From positions 4,032,001-4,096,000 of the forward strand of contig OY970303.1 of NCBI GenBank assembly GCA_963716255.1: 64,000 nucleotides of DNA, in the 5' to 3' direction. Of the stretch, positions 41,201 to 49,824 are shown one piece after another (the first letter of the stretch is position 1; each line of letters starts with the position of its first letter). The position numbers were made by a program, and so were the translations under genes. The notes beneath the pieces were generated by a model. That model had not been told where the DNA came from, did no database searches, and saw only the letters and a list, made by a program, of their open reading frames with translations. Source of the DNA: an uncultured Gemmatimonadales bacterium (GTDB lineage: Bacteria > Gemmatimonadota > Gemmatimonadetes > Longimicrobiales > Longimicrobiaceae).

Positions 41201-44200
41201 AGCGGCAACGACGTCGCCCAGGCGGGCGTCGCCGTCACCGCTGCGATCGCATCCGGCGGCGGGACGCTGGGCGGTAGCACGACTGCGACGACGGACGCGG
41301 CGGGCCGTGCGACCTTCGCGGGGCTGTCCATCAGCGGCACGGCGGGGCAGCGGACGCTCGCCTTCGCCAGCGCGGGCCTGGCCGGGGCGGTCTCGGCCGC
41401 CGTCGACCTGGCCGCCGGTGTCCCGGCGAGCCTGTCCATCACCACGCAGCCCTCGGCCACGGCGCAGAGCGGGGTCCCGCTCGGCGCGCAGCCGGTCGTG
41501 CAGCTCCGCGACGCGGACGGCAACGCCGTGGCCCAGGCAGGCGTCTCCGTCACCGTCTCCATCGCCTCGGGCTCCGGGACGCTGGGCGGGACGGCCACGG
41601 TCGCGACCGACGCGGCCGGGCAGGCGTCGTTCGCCGGACTGGCGATCAGCGGGCCGGTGGGATCGTACACGCTGGGCTTCGCCTCGGCGGGGCTGACGGG
41701 GGCCACCTCGGGCACCGTTTCCCTGGCGGCGGGCGCGGCGGCGAGCCTCGCCATCGGCGCGGGCGACGGGCAGACGGCGACGGCCGGGAGCGCCGTCGCG
41801 ACGGCGCCCTCGGTGGTCGTGCGCGACGCCAGCGGCAACCCGGTCGCCGGCGTCGGCGTCACCTTCGCGGTGGCGGCCGGCGGCGGCAGCGTCACGGGCG
41901 CCTCGGTGACCACGGACGCCAGCGGCATCGCGGCGGCCGGCAGCTGGACGCTGGGGACGACGGCCGGCGCCAACACGCTGACCGCCTCGGCCTCCGGGCT
42001 GACGCCGGTCACGTTCACCGCGACGGCGACGGCGGGCGCGGCGACGCAGCTCGCCCTCACCACGCAGCCGTCCTCCACCGCGCTGAGCGGGATCGCCTTC
42101 GGCGCGCAGCCGGTGGTCCAGCTGCGCGACGCGTACGGCAACGCCGTGGCGCAGGCCGGCGTCTCCATCACGGCGGCCATCGCCTCGGGCGGCGGCTCGC
42201 TGGGCGGGACGGCGACGGTCGCGACGAACGCGGGCGGACAGGCGGTCTTCGCCGGGCTGTCGATCAGCGGCACGGTCGGCGACCGCACGCTCTCCTTCTC
42301 GTCTGCCGGACTGAGTGGTGCGACGTCCAGCACGATCAGCGTGACGGCGGGCGCGGCCTCGCAGGTCGCCATCGTCACGCAGCCTTCCTCGACCGTGCAG
42401 AACGGCGCCGCGCTCGGTACGCAGCCGGTCGTGCAGCTCCGCGATGCGGACGGCAACGCCGTGGCGCAGGCGGGCGTGTCCGTGACGGCGGCCATCGCCT
42501 CGGGCGGCGGCACGCTGGGCGGGACCACGACGGTCGCCACCAACGCGGCCGGGCAGGCGGTCTTCACCGGGCTGTCGATCAGCGGCACCCTCGGCGACCG
42601 CACGCTCTCCTTCTCGGCGGCTGGGCTGACCGGCGCCACGTCGGGCACCATCAGCGTCACCGCGGGCGCCGCGGCCAGCCTCGCCGTCAGCACTGGCGAC
42701 GGGCAGTCGGCCGTCGTCGGCAGTGCCGTCTCCACCGCGCCTTCCGTGATCGTGCGCGACGCGAGCGGCAACCCGGTCGCCGGCGTGAGCGTCACCTTCG
42801 CGGCGGCGGCCGGCGGAGGCAGCGTCACGGGCGCCTCGGCCACCACGGACGCCAGCGGCATCGCGGCGGTCGGCAGCTGGACGCTGGGGACCACGGCCGG
42901 CGCCAACACGCTGACCGCCTCGGCCTCCGGGCTGACGCCGGTCACCTTCACGGCCACTTCGACGGCGGGCGCGGCGACGCAGCTCTCCCTCACCACGCAG
43001 CCGTCGGCCACCGCGCAGAGCGGGATCGCCTTCGGCGCGCAGCCGGTGCTCCAGCTGCGCGATGCGTACGGCAACGCCGTGGCGCAGGCGGGCGTTTCCG
43101 TCACGGCGGCCATCGCCTCGGGCGGCGGCTCGCTGGGCGGGACGGCCACGGTCTCGACCAACGCGGCCGGGCAGGCGGTCTTCGCCGGGCTGTCCATCAG
43201 CGGGACGATCGGCGACCGCACGCTGTCGTTCTCGGCGGGCGGGCTGACGGGGGCGACTTCGAGCCCCGTCAGCGTGGCGGCGGGCGCGGCCTCGCAGCTC
43301 GTCATCACCCAGCAGCCTTCCGCGACCGTGCAGAACGGCTCGCCGCTGGGGACTGCGCCGGCGCTCCGGCTGCGCGACGCGAGTGGCAACGACGTGGCGC
43401 AGGCGGGCGTCGCCGTCACGGTGGCCATCGCCTCGGGCGGCCCCGCGCTGAGCGGCACGACCACCGTCGGCACCGATGCCGGCGGGCAGGTGGTGTTCAC
43501 CGGCCTGGTGATCACCGGCACCGTCGGCGACCGCACGCTCTCCTTCTCCGCGGCGGGGCTCGCCGGCGCCACGTCGGGCACCATCACGGTGACGCCGAGC
43601 GCCCCGGCGAGCCTCGCGGTCAGCGCCGGCGACGGCCAGACGGCGACGGCGGGGAGCGCGGTCGCGGTCGCCCCCGCGGTGCTCGTGCGCGACGTGAGCA
43701 ACAACCCCGTCCCGGGCGTGAGCGTCACCTTCGCGGTGGCGACCGGCGGCGGGAGCGTCACTGGCGCGACCGCGACCACCGACGCGAGCGGGATCGCGAC
43801 GGTGGGGAGCTGGACGCTGGGGACCACGGCCGGCGCCAACACGCTGACCGCGTCGGCCTCCGGGCTGACCCCCGCCACCTTCACGGCCACGGGCGTGGCG
43901 GGTCCCGCGGCGTCCATCGCCATCCAGTCCGGCGACGGCGGCACGGCCACGGTGGCGAGCACCCGGACCCTTGAGGCCCGGGTGGCGGACGCCAACGGCA
44001 ACCCGGTGGCGGGCCACGCCGTTTCCTGGGCGGCGGCGACGGGGGGCGGCTCGGTGAGCGCGCCCAGCTCCACCACCGACGCGGCCGGCGTCGCCTCCGT
44101 GACCTGGACGCTGGGGACCGCGGCCGGCGCGCAGACCGCCACTGCCACGTCGGCGGGGCTGGCGGGCTCGCCGCTCACCTTCACGGCGAGCACCACGGCG

Positions 44201-45817
44201 GCCGCGGCGGCGGCCGGGAGCAGCACCCTCGCCGCGAGCCCGGTCTCCATCCCGGCGGACAGTGTTTCCACCTCCACGCTCACCGTCCAGCTCAGGGACC
44301 AGTACGGCAACGCCCTGAGCACGGGGGCCGGCACCGTGGCGCTGAGCACCACGGCCGGGACGCTCTCCGCCGTGATCGACAACGGCAACGGCAGCTACAC
44401 GGCCACCCTCACCGCGCCCACGGTCACCGGCTCGGCGACGGTGAGCGGCACCCTGAACGGGAGCCCGCTGGCGGGCACCGCGACGGTGGCCTTCGTCCCC
44501 GGCGCCGCGGCGCGCTACGTGGTCACCCCCAGCGCCGCCACCGCCGCGGCCGGCGGCACCGTGACGGTGACGGCGCAGCTGGTGGACGCGTACGGCAACG
44601 CCGTGCCCGCCGCCGGCCGGACGGTGACCTGGAGCAGCACGGGCGGCGGCTCCTTCGCCTCGCCCACCTCCACGACCGACGCCGCGGGCATCGCCAGCGT
44701 CGTCTTCACCACCAGCACCACCTCCGGCGTCACGCACACCGTGACCGCCGCCGACGGCACCGTCACCGGCACGAGCGGCGGCGTGGTGACGCAGGTGGGC
44801 GCCGCCGCGAGCATCATCAAGAGCGGCGCGGACGGCGTGTCGCTCGCCGCCGGGAGCGCGGTGACGCCGCTGCCCTCCGTGCGCGTGGTCGACGCCAACG
44901 GCAACGGCGTCCCCGGCATCGCCGTCACCTTCGCCGTCACCGCGGGCGGCGGCGCCGTCACCGGCGAGACCGCCACCACCGACGCGACCGGCGCGGCGGT
45001 GGTGGGGAGCTGGACGCTGGGGACCGCGGTCGGCGCCAACACGCTGGGCGTCACCGCGGGGAGCCTGAGCGCCACCTTCACGGTGACCGGCACCGTCGGG
45101 CCCGCGTCGGCGGCGGGGACGCAGATCACCACCGCCAACGCGGCGCTCACCTCCGGGAGCATCACCACCGTCACCGTCCAGCTCAAGGACCAGTACGGCA
45201 ACGACGTCACCACCGGTGGCGCCACCGTGACGCTGTCCACCGACCTGGGCACCGTGGGCGCCGTGACCGACGTCGGCAACGGCACCTATACGGCGGACCT
45301 GACCCACACCGGGACCGACGGCACCGCCACGGTCACCGGCACGCTGAACGGCGCGCCGATCGCCGACAACGCCGTGGTCACCTTCCAGGCCGGCGGCATC
45401 CAGCGCACCTGGACCGGGCTGGAGGGGAGCAACTGGAACACCGCGGGGAGCTGGAGCCCGCGCGGCACGCCCACCGCCTCCGACACCATCATCATCAACG
45501 GGGGCGGCACGCAGCCGCAGGTCACCGACGCCGACAAGACCATCCAGCGCCTGGTGATGACCACGTCCGGCGGGACGCTGGACATGGGCGGCTTCCGCCT
45601 CACCATCGTCGGCGACGCCGTCGCATCGGCCGGCACCGTCAGCAACGGCACCGTGCTGATGAGCGGGAGCTCGCGCACCATCGCCGGGACGTTCCCCGAC
45701 CTGCTGGTCACGGGGAGCATCAGCCCCAGCGGGGCCACCACGGCCACGGGGGCGGTGACGGTGACCAGCGGGACGCTGACCGTCGCCAACCAGACCCTCA
45801 CCATCCGGGGGTCGTAG
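38264..45817 (+). CDS. Giant adhesin 2 (about 2517 aa): signal peptide, dockerin, ZU5-like, mosaic Ig/invasin repeats, short beta-helix-like tip
   Basis: N-terminus is paralogous to adhesin 1 (AAQSGAIGIRGDV). Dockerin GDVNRDGSVTAVDAL and GDADGSGEVTAVDAL. Invasin-like TVQLRDQYGN...DNGNGSYTA. Tip RTWTGLEGSNWNTAGSW. Confidence 0.9.
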   Translation: MMRFFSRLALLCSALLLSLALAPRPLAAQSGAIGIRGDVNRDGSVTAVDALAILSHVVGKPLPASYTVDLDGDADGSGEVTAVDALVILGHAVGRDVARYPVGQRVLAVRVGTAGGPVASRPDSIGLQVPEGALAAATVVTVRPAAGLDGSAGVLAGTALAIATEGGSFARPVRLTLRVNPAVLPEGATLEELRIHRRVGDGWEELPGGSVDVAAGTVAAELPGAGTFAVRAGAPRGLRLVKEAGDGQTGIVGRPPLDFLAVRLVNGAGRGVPGVELAWVVREGGGSVRPLAARTDSAGRVRAVLTLGAVPGTNRVRVSAAGADSVTFTAQGVADAPSAVAVVAGAGQTATAGSAVATPPSVRVTDSAGNPVVDAAVTFAVAAGGGTVTGGATRTDAGGVATVGSWTLGTTAGPNSLTATVQGGPAATISATGIPGAAASISIVSGDGGTAVVATTRALQAKVVDAHGNGVPGTAVAWAVATGGGSLSSPGSVTDGSGVATNVWTFGGTVGAQSVTASAAGLAGSPLTFTATTTPAAASQLTLAAQPSSTARSGIVLAAQPAVQLRDAFGNAVPQAGVAVTAAIATGGGTLGGTATVSTDASGVAAFTDLAISGTVGQRTLSFSAAGVAAATSGAVDVAAGTAASLAASAGDGQTAAAGSAVATAPAVRVVDASGNPVAGVGVTFAVATGGGSVTGASATTDASGIAAAGSWTLGTAAGANTLTASSTGLTTATFTATGVAGAAAAISIRSGDGGSAQVGTTRVLEARVVDAHGNPVQASTVAWAVATGGGSLSAPSSATDAAGVASVTWTLGTTAGPQSATATSAGLTGSPLTFTASATPAPAARLAVATQPSASARSGIAFAAQPAVQLEDAFGNAVPQSGVAVTAAVASGGGTLGGTATVSTDAAGRATFAGLSISGATGAYTLGFSAAGLAGAASGTITLAPGNPAALAVATQPSATALSGIAFAAQPVVQLRDASGNDVAQAGVAVTAAIASGGGTLGGSTTATTDAAGRATFAGLSISGTAGQRTLAFASAGLAGAVSAAVDLAAGVPASLSITTQPSATAQSGVPLGAQPVVQLRDADGNAVAQAGVSVTVSIASGSGTLGGTATVATDAAGQASFAGLAISGPVGSYTLGFASAGLTGATSGTVSLAAGAAASLAIGAGDGQTATAGSAVATAPSVVVRDASGNPVAGVGVTFAVAAGGGSVTGASVTTDASGIAAAGSWTLGTTAGANTLTASASGLTPVTFTATATAGAATQLALTTQPSSTALSGIAFGAQPVVQLRDAYGNAVAQAGVSITAAIASGGGSLGGTATVATNAGGQAVFAGLSISGTVGDRTLSFSSAGLSGATSSTISVTAGAASQVAIVTQPSSTVQNGAALGTQPVVQLRDADGNAVAQAGVSVTAAIASGGGTLGGTTTVATNAAGQAVFTGLSISGTLGDRTLSFSAAGLTGATSGTISVTAGAAASLAVSTGDGQSAVVGSAVSTAPSVIVRDASGNPVAGVSVTFAAAAGGGSVTGASATTDASGIAAVGSWTLGTTAGANTLTASASGLTPVTFTATSTAGAATQLSLTTQPSATAQSGIAFGAQPVLQLRDAYGNAVAQAGVSVTAAIASGGGSLGGTATVSTNAAGQAVFAGLSISGTIGDRTLSFSAGGLTGATSSPVSVAAGAASQLVITQQPSATVQNGSPLGTAPALRLRDASGNDVAQAGVAVTVAIASGGPALSGTTTVGTDAGGQVVFTGLVITGTVGDRTLSFSAAGLAGATSGTITVTPSAPASLAVSAGDGQTATAGSAVAVAPAVLVRDVSNNPVPGVSVTFAVATGGGSVTGATATTDASGIATVGSWTLGTTAGANTLTASASGLTPATFTATGVAGPAASIAIQSGDGGTATVASTRTLEARVADANGNPVAGHAVSWAAATGGGSVSAPSSTTDAAGVASVTWTLGTAAGAQTATATSAGLAGSPLTFTASTTAAAAAAGSSTLAASPVSIPADSVSTSTLTVQLRDQYGNALSTGAGTVALSTTAGTLSAVIDNGNGSYTATLTAPTVTGSATVSGTLNGSPLAGTATVAFVPGAAARYVVTPSAATAAAGGTVTVTAQLVDAYGNAVPAAGRTVTWSSTGGGSFASPTSTTDAAGIASVVFTTSTTSGVTHTVTAADGTVTGTSGGVVTQVGAAASIIKSGADGVSLAAGSAVTPLPSVRVVDANGNGVPGIAVTFAVTAGGGAVTGETATTDATGAAVVGSWTLGTAVGANTLGVTAGSLSATFTVTGTVGPASAAGTQITTANAALTSGSITTVTVQLKDQYGNDVTTGGATVTLSTDLGTVGAVTDVGNGTYTADLTHTGTDGTATVTGTLNGAPIADNAVVTFQAGGIQRTWTGLEGSNWNTAGSWSPRGTPTASDTIIINGGGTQPQVTDADKTIQRLVMTTSGGTLDMGGFRLTIVGDAVASAGTVSNGTVLMSGSSRTIAGTFPDLLVTGSISPSGATTATGAVTVTSGTLTVANQTLTIRGS

Positions 45818-45854
45818 GTTCGGATACGGAGCGGGGTTCGACGGACTGGGGTTC

Positions 45855-45987
45855 GGGCGTGCTCCCGGCTGGCGCCGGGGTCGGGCTTCGGCTCCGTAGC
45901 AGACGAAACGACCGTCTGCAACGGAGTCGAGCCCCGGCGGAAACAGCCCCGCCGGGTCTCGCCCCTTCGGGCCGAAATCCCTCACGC
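45855..45987 (-). repeat. Family 1 repeat, copy 5 (one stem extended by 2 bp)
   Basis: Alignment to the other copies. Confidence 0.95.
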
Positions 45988-46082
45988 GGGCTCCGGTGTA
46001 ATCCCGGACGATCCATTGCCGCACCGGTGAGCGCTTCCGTTCGCCGGTGCGGCTTCCGTTCACCCCCGGCCCCGTCGACGCG

Positions 46083-47021
46083 ATGAAGCGCTTTGTCCTC
46101 GCCCTGTTCCTGTCCCTCGGGCTCGCCGGGTGTGCTCCTGGGGCGTCCGGGGGCGCGTCTTTCGCCGCGCCGGGGGGCGCGGGGCGCTTCGCGGCGCTGG
46201 AGGCGGAGGTGCGGCGCATGGTGGCGGCGCTGCCGGGAGACACGCTGGAGGTGTCCGTGGCGCTCGTGGACCTCCAGACCGGCGACTCGCTGCTGGTGAA
46301 CGCGCACGAGCGGATGCACGCGGCCAGCACCATGAAGGTGCCGGTGATGCTGGAGCTGTTCCGGCGGGCGGACGCGGGGGAGCTGTCGCTGGACGGGCCG
46401 GTGGCGGTGCGCAACGCGTTCCGCAGCATCGCCGACGGGAGCGCGTACACGCTCTCCCCCGACGACGACAGCGACCGGGAGATCTACGGCCGCGTGGGGC
46501 AGAGCATGACGGTGCGCGAGCTGGTGGAGCGGATGATCACGCGCTCCAGCAACCTGGCCACCAACCTGCTCATCGACCTGGCGGAGCCGGCGCGCATCGC
46601 GGCCACGCTGGCGTCGCTGGGCGCCTCGGAGACCGTGGTGCTGCGGGGGGTGGAGGACGGCCCTGCGTTCCGCGCGGGGATGAACAACACCACCACGGCG
46701 TACGGGCTCATGAAGACGCTGCAGGGCATCGCCGCGGGGCGGGCGGCCTCGCCGCGCGCCACGGAGGAGATGCTGGCGATCCTCGGTCGGCAGGAGTTCC
46801 GGCGGATGATCCCGGCGGGGGTGCCGGCCGGCGTGTGCGTGGCCAACAAGACCGGGTGGATCACCGGAATCGACCACGACGCCGCGGTGATCCTCCCCGA
46901 GGGGCGGCGCCCCTACGTGCTGGTGGTGCTCACGCGCGGCTTCCGGGACCGCGAGGCGGCGCGCCGCCTGGGCGCCGAGGTGTCGCGGCGGAGCTGGGAG
47001 ACGGTGACCGGGACGCGGTAG
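46083..47021 (+). CDS. Serine hydrolase, class A beta-lactamase-like (Beta-lactamase2 family) lipoprotein
   Basis: Lipobox LAGC, SxxK (ASTMK), SSN and KTG. Confidence 0.85.
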   Translation: MKRFVLALFLSLGLAGCAPGASGGASFAAPGGAGRFAALEAEVRRMVAALPGDTLEVSVALVDLQTGDSLLVNAHERMHAASTMKVPVMLELFRRADAGELSLDGPVAVRNAFRSIADGSAYTLSPDDDSDREIYGRVGQSMTVRELVERMITRSSNLATNLLIDLAEPARIAATLASLGASETVVLRGVEDGPAFRAGMNNTTTAYGLMKTLQGIAAGRAASPRATEEMLAILGRQEFRRMIPAGVPAGVCVANKTGWITGIDHDAAVILPEGRRPYVLVVLTRGFRDREAARRLGAEVSRRSWETVTGTR

Positions 47022-47022
47022 G

Positions 47023-47220
47023 CTACTCCGCGGGCACCACCGCCTCGATCCGCTCGTCCGCGCGGACGCGGGCGCGGCCGCTGTTCACCGAGCGGCGCTC
47101 CTCCACCGCGCCGCCGGCGCCCCGCACGTGCAGCAGCACCTGCGAGGCGCGGGTGAGGGCGGGGTTCCAGGTCGCGGTGCGACCCTCGTCGGAAAGGCGC
47201 ACGGGGAGGGCGTCGGGCAT
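47023..47220 (-). CDS. Small hypothetical protein (65 aa)
   Basis: MPDALPVRLSDEGRTATWNPA..., fills the gap between genes with GC3-rich codons. Confidence 0.5.
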   Translation of the reverse strand: MPDALPVRLSDEGRTATWNPALTRASQVLLHVRGAGGAVEERRSVNSGRARVRADERIEAVVPAE

Positions 47221-47332
47221 GGCGGCGCTCCGGTGGCTGGTTGGACGGCGCCGGGCGCGCCCGGTTATATTCGAGGGGTACGGCGCCCCGCGCGAGGGCG
47301 CGCCGCCCCCAACGAACCACACGGGAGACCCC

Positions 47333-47608
47333 ATGGCGGACATCAAGTGCACGCGCTGCGGCCAGGAGCGCGCCGCCGTCCCCTACGCCCCCTTCAACAA
47401 CGACCTGGGCCGGCGCATCCACGCCGAGATCTGCCAGGTGTGCTGGGCCGAGTGGCTCCGCCAGCAGACCATGCTGATCAACCACTACGGCCTCAACGTG
47501 CGCGACCCCGAGGCGAAGCAGTTCCTCACCGAGAACACCGACAAGTTCCTCTTCGGCGGCGACACCGAGGAGGTGGACACCAGCAAGAAGGGCACGATCA
47601 GCTGGTAG
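47333..47608 (+). CDS. yggX: Fe(II)-trafficking / oxidative damage protection protein (YggX family)
   Basis: GGAG RBS. LGRRIHAEICQVCWAEWLRQQTMLINHYGLN. Confidence 0.9.
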   Translation: MADIKCTRCGQERAAVPYAPFNNDLGRRIHAEICQVCWAEWLRQQTMLINHYGLNVRDPEAKQFLTENTDKFLFGGDTEEVDTSKKGTISW

Positions 47609-47706
47609 CTCCCGCCGGCTTCACGGACCCGCGAAGGGCCGCGCTCCCGCCGGGAGCCGGCCCTTCTGCATTCCCGGCGGTTGAATCGGCTCGAACAGCA
47701 GGGTCC

Positions 47707-47835
47707 GGGCGTGCCCCCGGCTGGCGCCGGGGTCGGGCTTCGGCTCCGTAAAGCACGATACAACCGTGCTTAACGGAGTCGAGCCCGCGCAAACAGCCGC
47801 GCGGTCTCGCCCCTTCGGGCCGAAATCCCTCACGC
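47707..47835 (-). repeat. Family 1 repeat, copy 6
   Basis: Alignment to the other copies. Confidence 0.95.
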
Positions 47836-47890
47836 GGGCTCCGACGCGGCCGCGGGATCTGGCCGGCGTCCCGCTCACGCGGCTCGCGGG

Positions 47891-48058
47891 TCAGCCCCGC
47901 CCGTCGCGGTTCAGCAGGTTGTCGATGCGCGTCCACTCCCGCGTCAGGTCCTGGCGGTCATCGGCGTCCTCACTCCCCTGGAGGAGCTTCATCAGGCGGT
48001 CGCGCTGCGCCTCCAGCTTGGCGCGCTCCGCGTCCGTCATTCCGGGTGGGTTCGTCAC
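47891..48058 (-). CDS. Small helical hypothetical protein
   Basis: (MTNPPG)MTDAERAKLEAQRDRLMKLL...WTRIDNLLNRDGRG, with GGAG upstream of the GTG. Confidence 0.5.
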   Translation of the reverse strand: MTNPPGMTDAERAKLEAQRDRLMKLLQGSEDADDRQDLTREWTRIDNLLNRDGRG

Positions 48059-48309
48059 GTTCCGCTCTCCGTGGCTGGGGGTCCCGCTCTCGGTGCGCCA
48101 TGCGCCGCGGCGCCCGGCTCCCGCGCCGCACACCGCGCGCCAGGCGCAGTGCGGGGCAACCTCGCCCACTGCGCCGGGCGCCGCAAGCCGCCGCCTCCGC
48201 GGGCGCCGGCTCGCCGGGATGCACGGATCCTGCTATCTTGGTTGGCTGATTCGGTTTCGGGCGCGGCTCCGCTCGCCGCGCCGCTCGTCCCCCGTTCCGG
48301 AGCCACGGG

Positions 48310-49176
48310 ATGTACCCGTTCCGCCTGATCCCGCCCGTCCTCCTCGCCGCGCTCGCCGGGTGCGCCTCGGGCGAGGCGATGGTCGCGTCCGCGCCCGCGG
48401 CGCCCGCCCCCGAGGTGGCGGCCCCGGCGGACACGGTTCCGGCCGCCCCCCCCGTGGAGCCCGACGCTCCGCTTGAAGAGCGCTGGGCCGCGCCGTTCGC
48501 GGTGCAGAGCGTGGGGCAGCTCGCCGCGCGCGACCCGCGCCCCACCGTGGTGCGCCTGGAGGCGGACAGCGCCGCGAAGCCCGCGCGCCCCGACACCGTG
48601 CCGCTCGACACGGTTCGGGTGGATACAGCGACGGTGCCCGCCCCCGCGGCGCCCCGTCGCGGCGCGGATTCCACCCGCACGGCCACCCGTCCGGCCCGGC
48701 CCGCATCCGGCGGCGCCGCGCCGTCCGGCCGCGGCGGGCGGCGGAGCCACGAGGTGAAGCCGGGGGAAACCTTCTACGCCGTCGCGCGGAAGTACGACGT
48801 GACGCCCGCCGCGCTGCGCGCCGCCAACCCGGGCGTGGACCCGGAGGCGCTGCGCAGCGGGACCACGCTGTGGATCCCGGGCGCGGCGGCCCCGTCGTCG
48901 TCCACGACCCCGCGGACGCCGGAGAGCCGCGGCGCCGGCAGCGCTTCCCGGACGTCCGGCGGCTCCTCCCGTACGTCGGGCGGAAGCACGTCCGCATCGG
49001 GCGCGTCGTCCACGGCGGCGCGCGCCGGGCGGCGCACCCACAAGGTGGTGCGCGGCGACACGCTGTTCGGCATCGCGCGCAAGTACGGGGTGTCCGCGGC
49101 GGCCATCCGCAGCGCCAACCAGCTGGAGGACGACAACGTCAAGCTCGGCGCGACGCTGGTGATCCCCGCGTCGTAG
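48310..49176 (+). CDS. LysM (x2) peptidoglycan-binding lipoprotein
   Basis: Lipobox LAGC. HEVKPGETFYAVARKY and HKVVRGDTLFGIARKYGVS. Confidence 0.9.
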   Translation: MYPFRLIPPVLLAALAGCASGEAMVASAPAAPAPEVAAPADTVPAAPPVEPDAPLEERWAAPFAVQSVGQLAARDPRPTVVRLEADSAAKPARPDTVPLDTVRVDTATVPAPAAPRRGADSTRTATRPARPASGGAAPSGRGGRRSHEVKPGETFYAVARKYDVTPAALRAANPGVDPEALRSGTTLWIPGAAAPSSSTTPRTPESRGAGSASRTSGGSSRTSGGSTSASGASSTAARAGRRTHKVVRGDTLFGIARKYGVSAAAIRSANQLEDDNVKLGATLVIPAS

Positions 49177-49305
49177 CCGTCCCTGCGGCGAACGGAAGGC
49201 AGGACGAGCGAAGCGTCCGGCACGAGCCGGGCGCTTCGTGCGTCCGCCGGGTGGTGATCTCGTGCTTCACTGAACCGACGATGCCGCCGTTGTAGCGATG
49301 GAAGC

Positions 49306-49347
49306 AGAGATCCCCCGGCCGCGAATGGCCGGGGGATCTCGTGTTTG
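49306..49347 (+). terminator. Hairpin downstream of the LysM gene
   Basis: GAGATCCCCCGGCC-GCGAAT-GGCCGGGGGATCTC followed by GTGTTT. Confidence 0.55.
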
Positions 49348-49587
49348 CAGGGACTCCGCGCCCGTGGCGTGTGTGCCGGTGGGAACGTGGCAGGAGGGGG
49401 GCGTACCGTGCAGCCCGGTGCCGGGCTGGTCAGCGGAGGGCCTATCACCGGCGGGAGTCCGTGTGCGGTTGTTCGGGGCGGCTGGGCAACCGCTCCTAAC
49501 GGCTAACGTCGTGTGCCAAACTGAGGCTCCACGTTACTTTCGACGGTGCTTCCAGTAACCACTTTCCTTCACACCAAGGAGCACCCC

Positions 49588-49815
49588 ATGAAAGCCATGC
49601 GCATCTTCCTCATCGTCATCGCCGCTGCTGCAGCAGCCGGATGCAGTCGCACGCCCAACCCCGTGGCTCCCGAAGGAACCCCACGGTTCAGTGGAACCCA
49701 TCTGATTGGCTCCGGAAACAAGGCTGACGCGACGAGTAGTGTCAGTTCCGCGATTCCGGATTCGACAGGGTTCAGTTCAGAGCGGGGCCTTCACTTGATC
49801 GGTGGGGGTAACTAG
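49588..49815 (+). CDS. 75-aa lipoprotein/pre-peptide with duplicated HLIG(S/G)GN motif
   Basis: AAGGAG RBS. MKAMRIFLIVIAAAAAAGC lipobox, internal RFSGTHLIGSGN and C-terminal ERGLHLIGGGN-stop. Confidence 0.8.
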   Translation: MKAMRIFLIVIAAAAAAGCSRTPNPVAPEGTPRFSGTHLIGSGNKADATSSVSSAIPDSTGFSSERGLHLIGGGN

Positions 49816-49824
49816 GCGCCTCAT

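Noticed and set aside
28102..46450. 2321-aa and 2790-aa minus-strand ORFs
   Set aside because: Antisense shadows of the repetitive adhesin genes.
46083..47021. Bona fide antibiotic-resistance beta-lactamase
   Set aside because: It has SxxK, SxN and KTG but no clear omega-loop ExxLN motif. More likely a PBP-like serine hydrolase.
49200..49300. Possible degenerate family 1 fragment (TCGTGCTTCACTGAACCGA)
   Set aside because: The similarity is too short and lacks the paired stems.
49588..49815. RiPP precursor
   Set aside because: No modifying enzyme, protease or transporter is adjacent, and it has a lipoprotein signal. A signalling or ligand role fits better, though distant maturases are possible.
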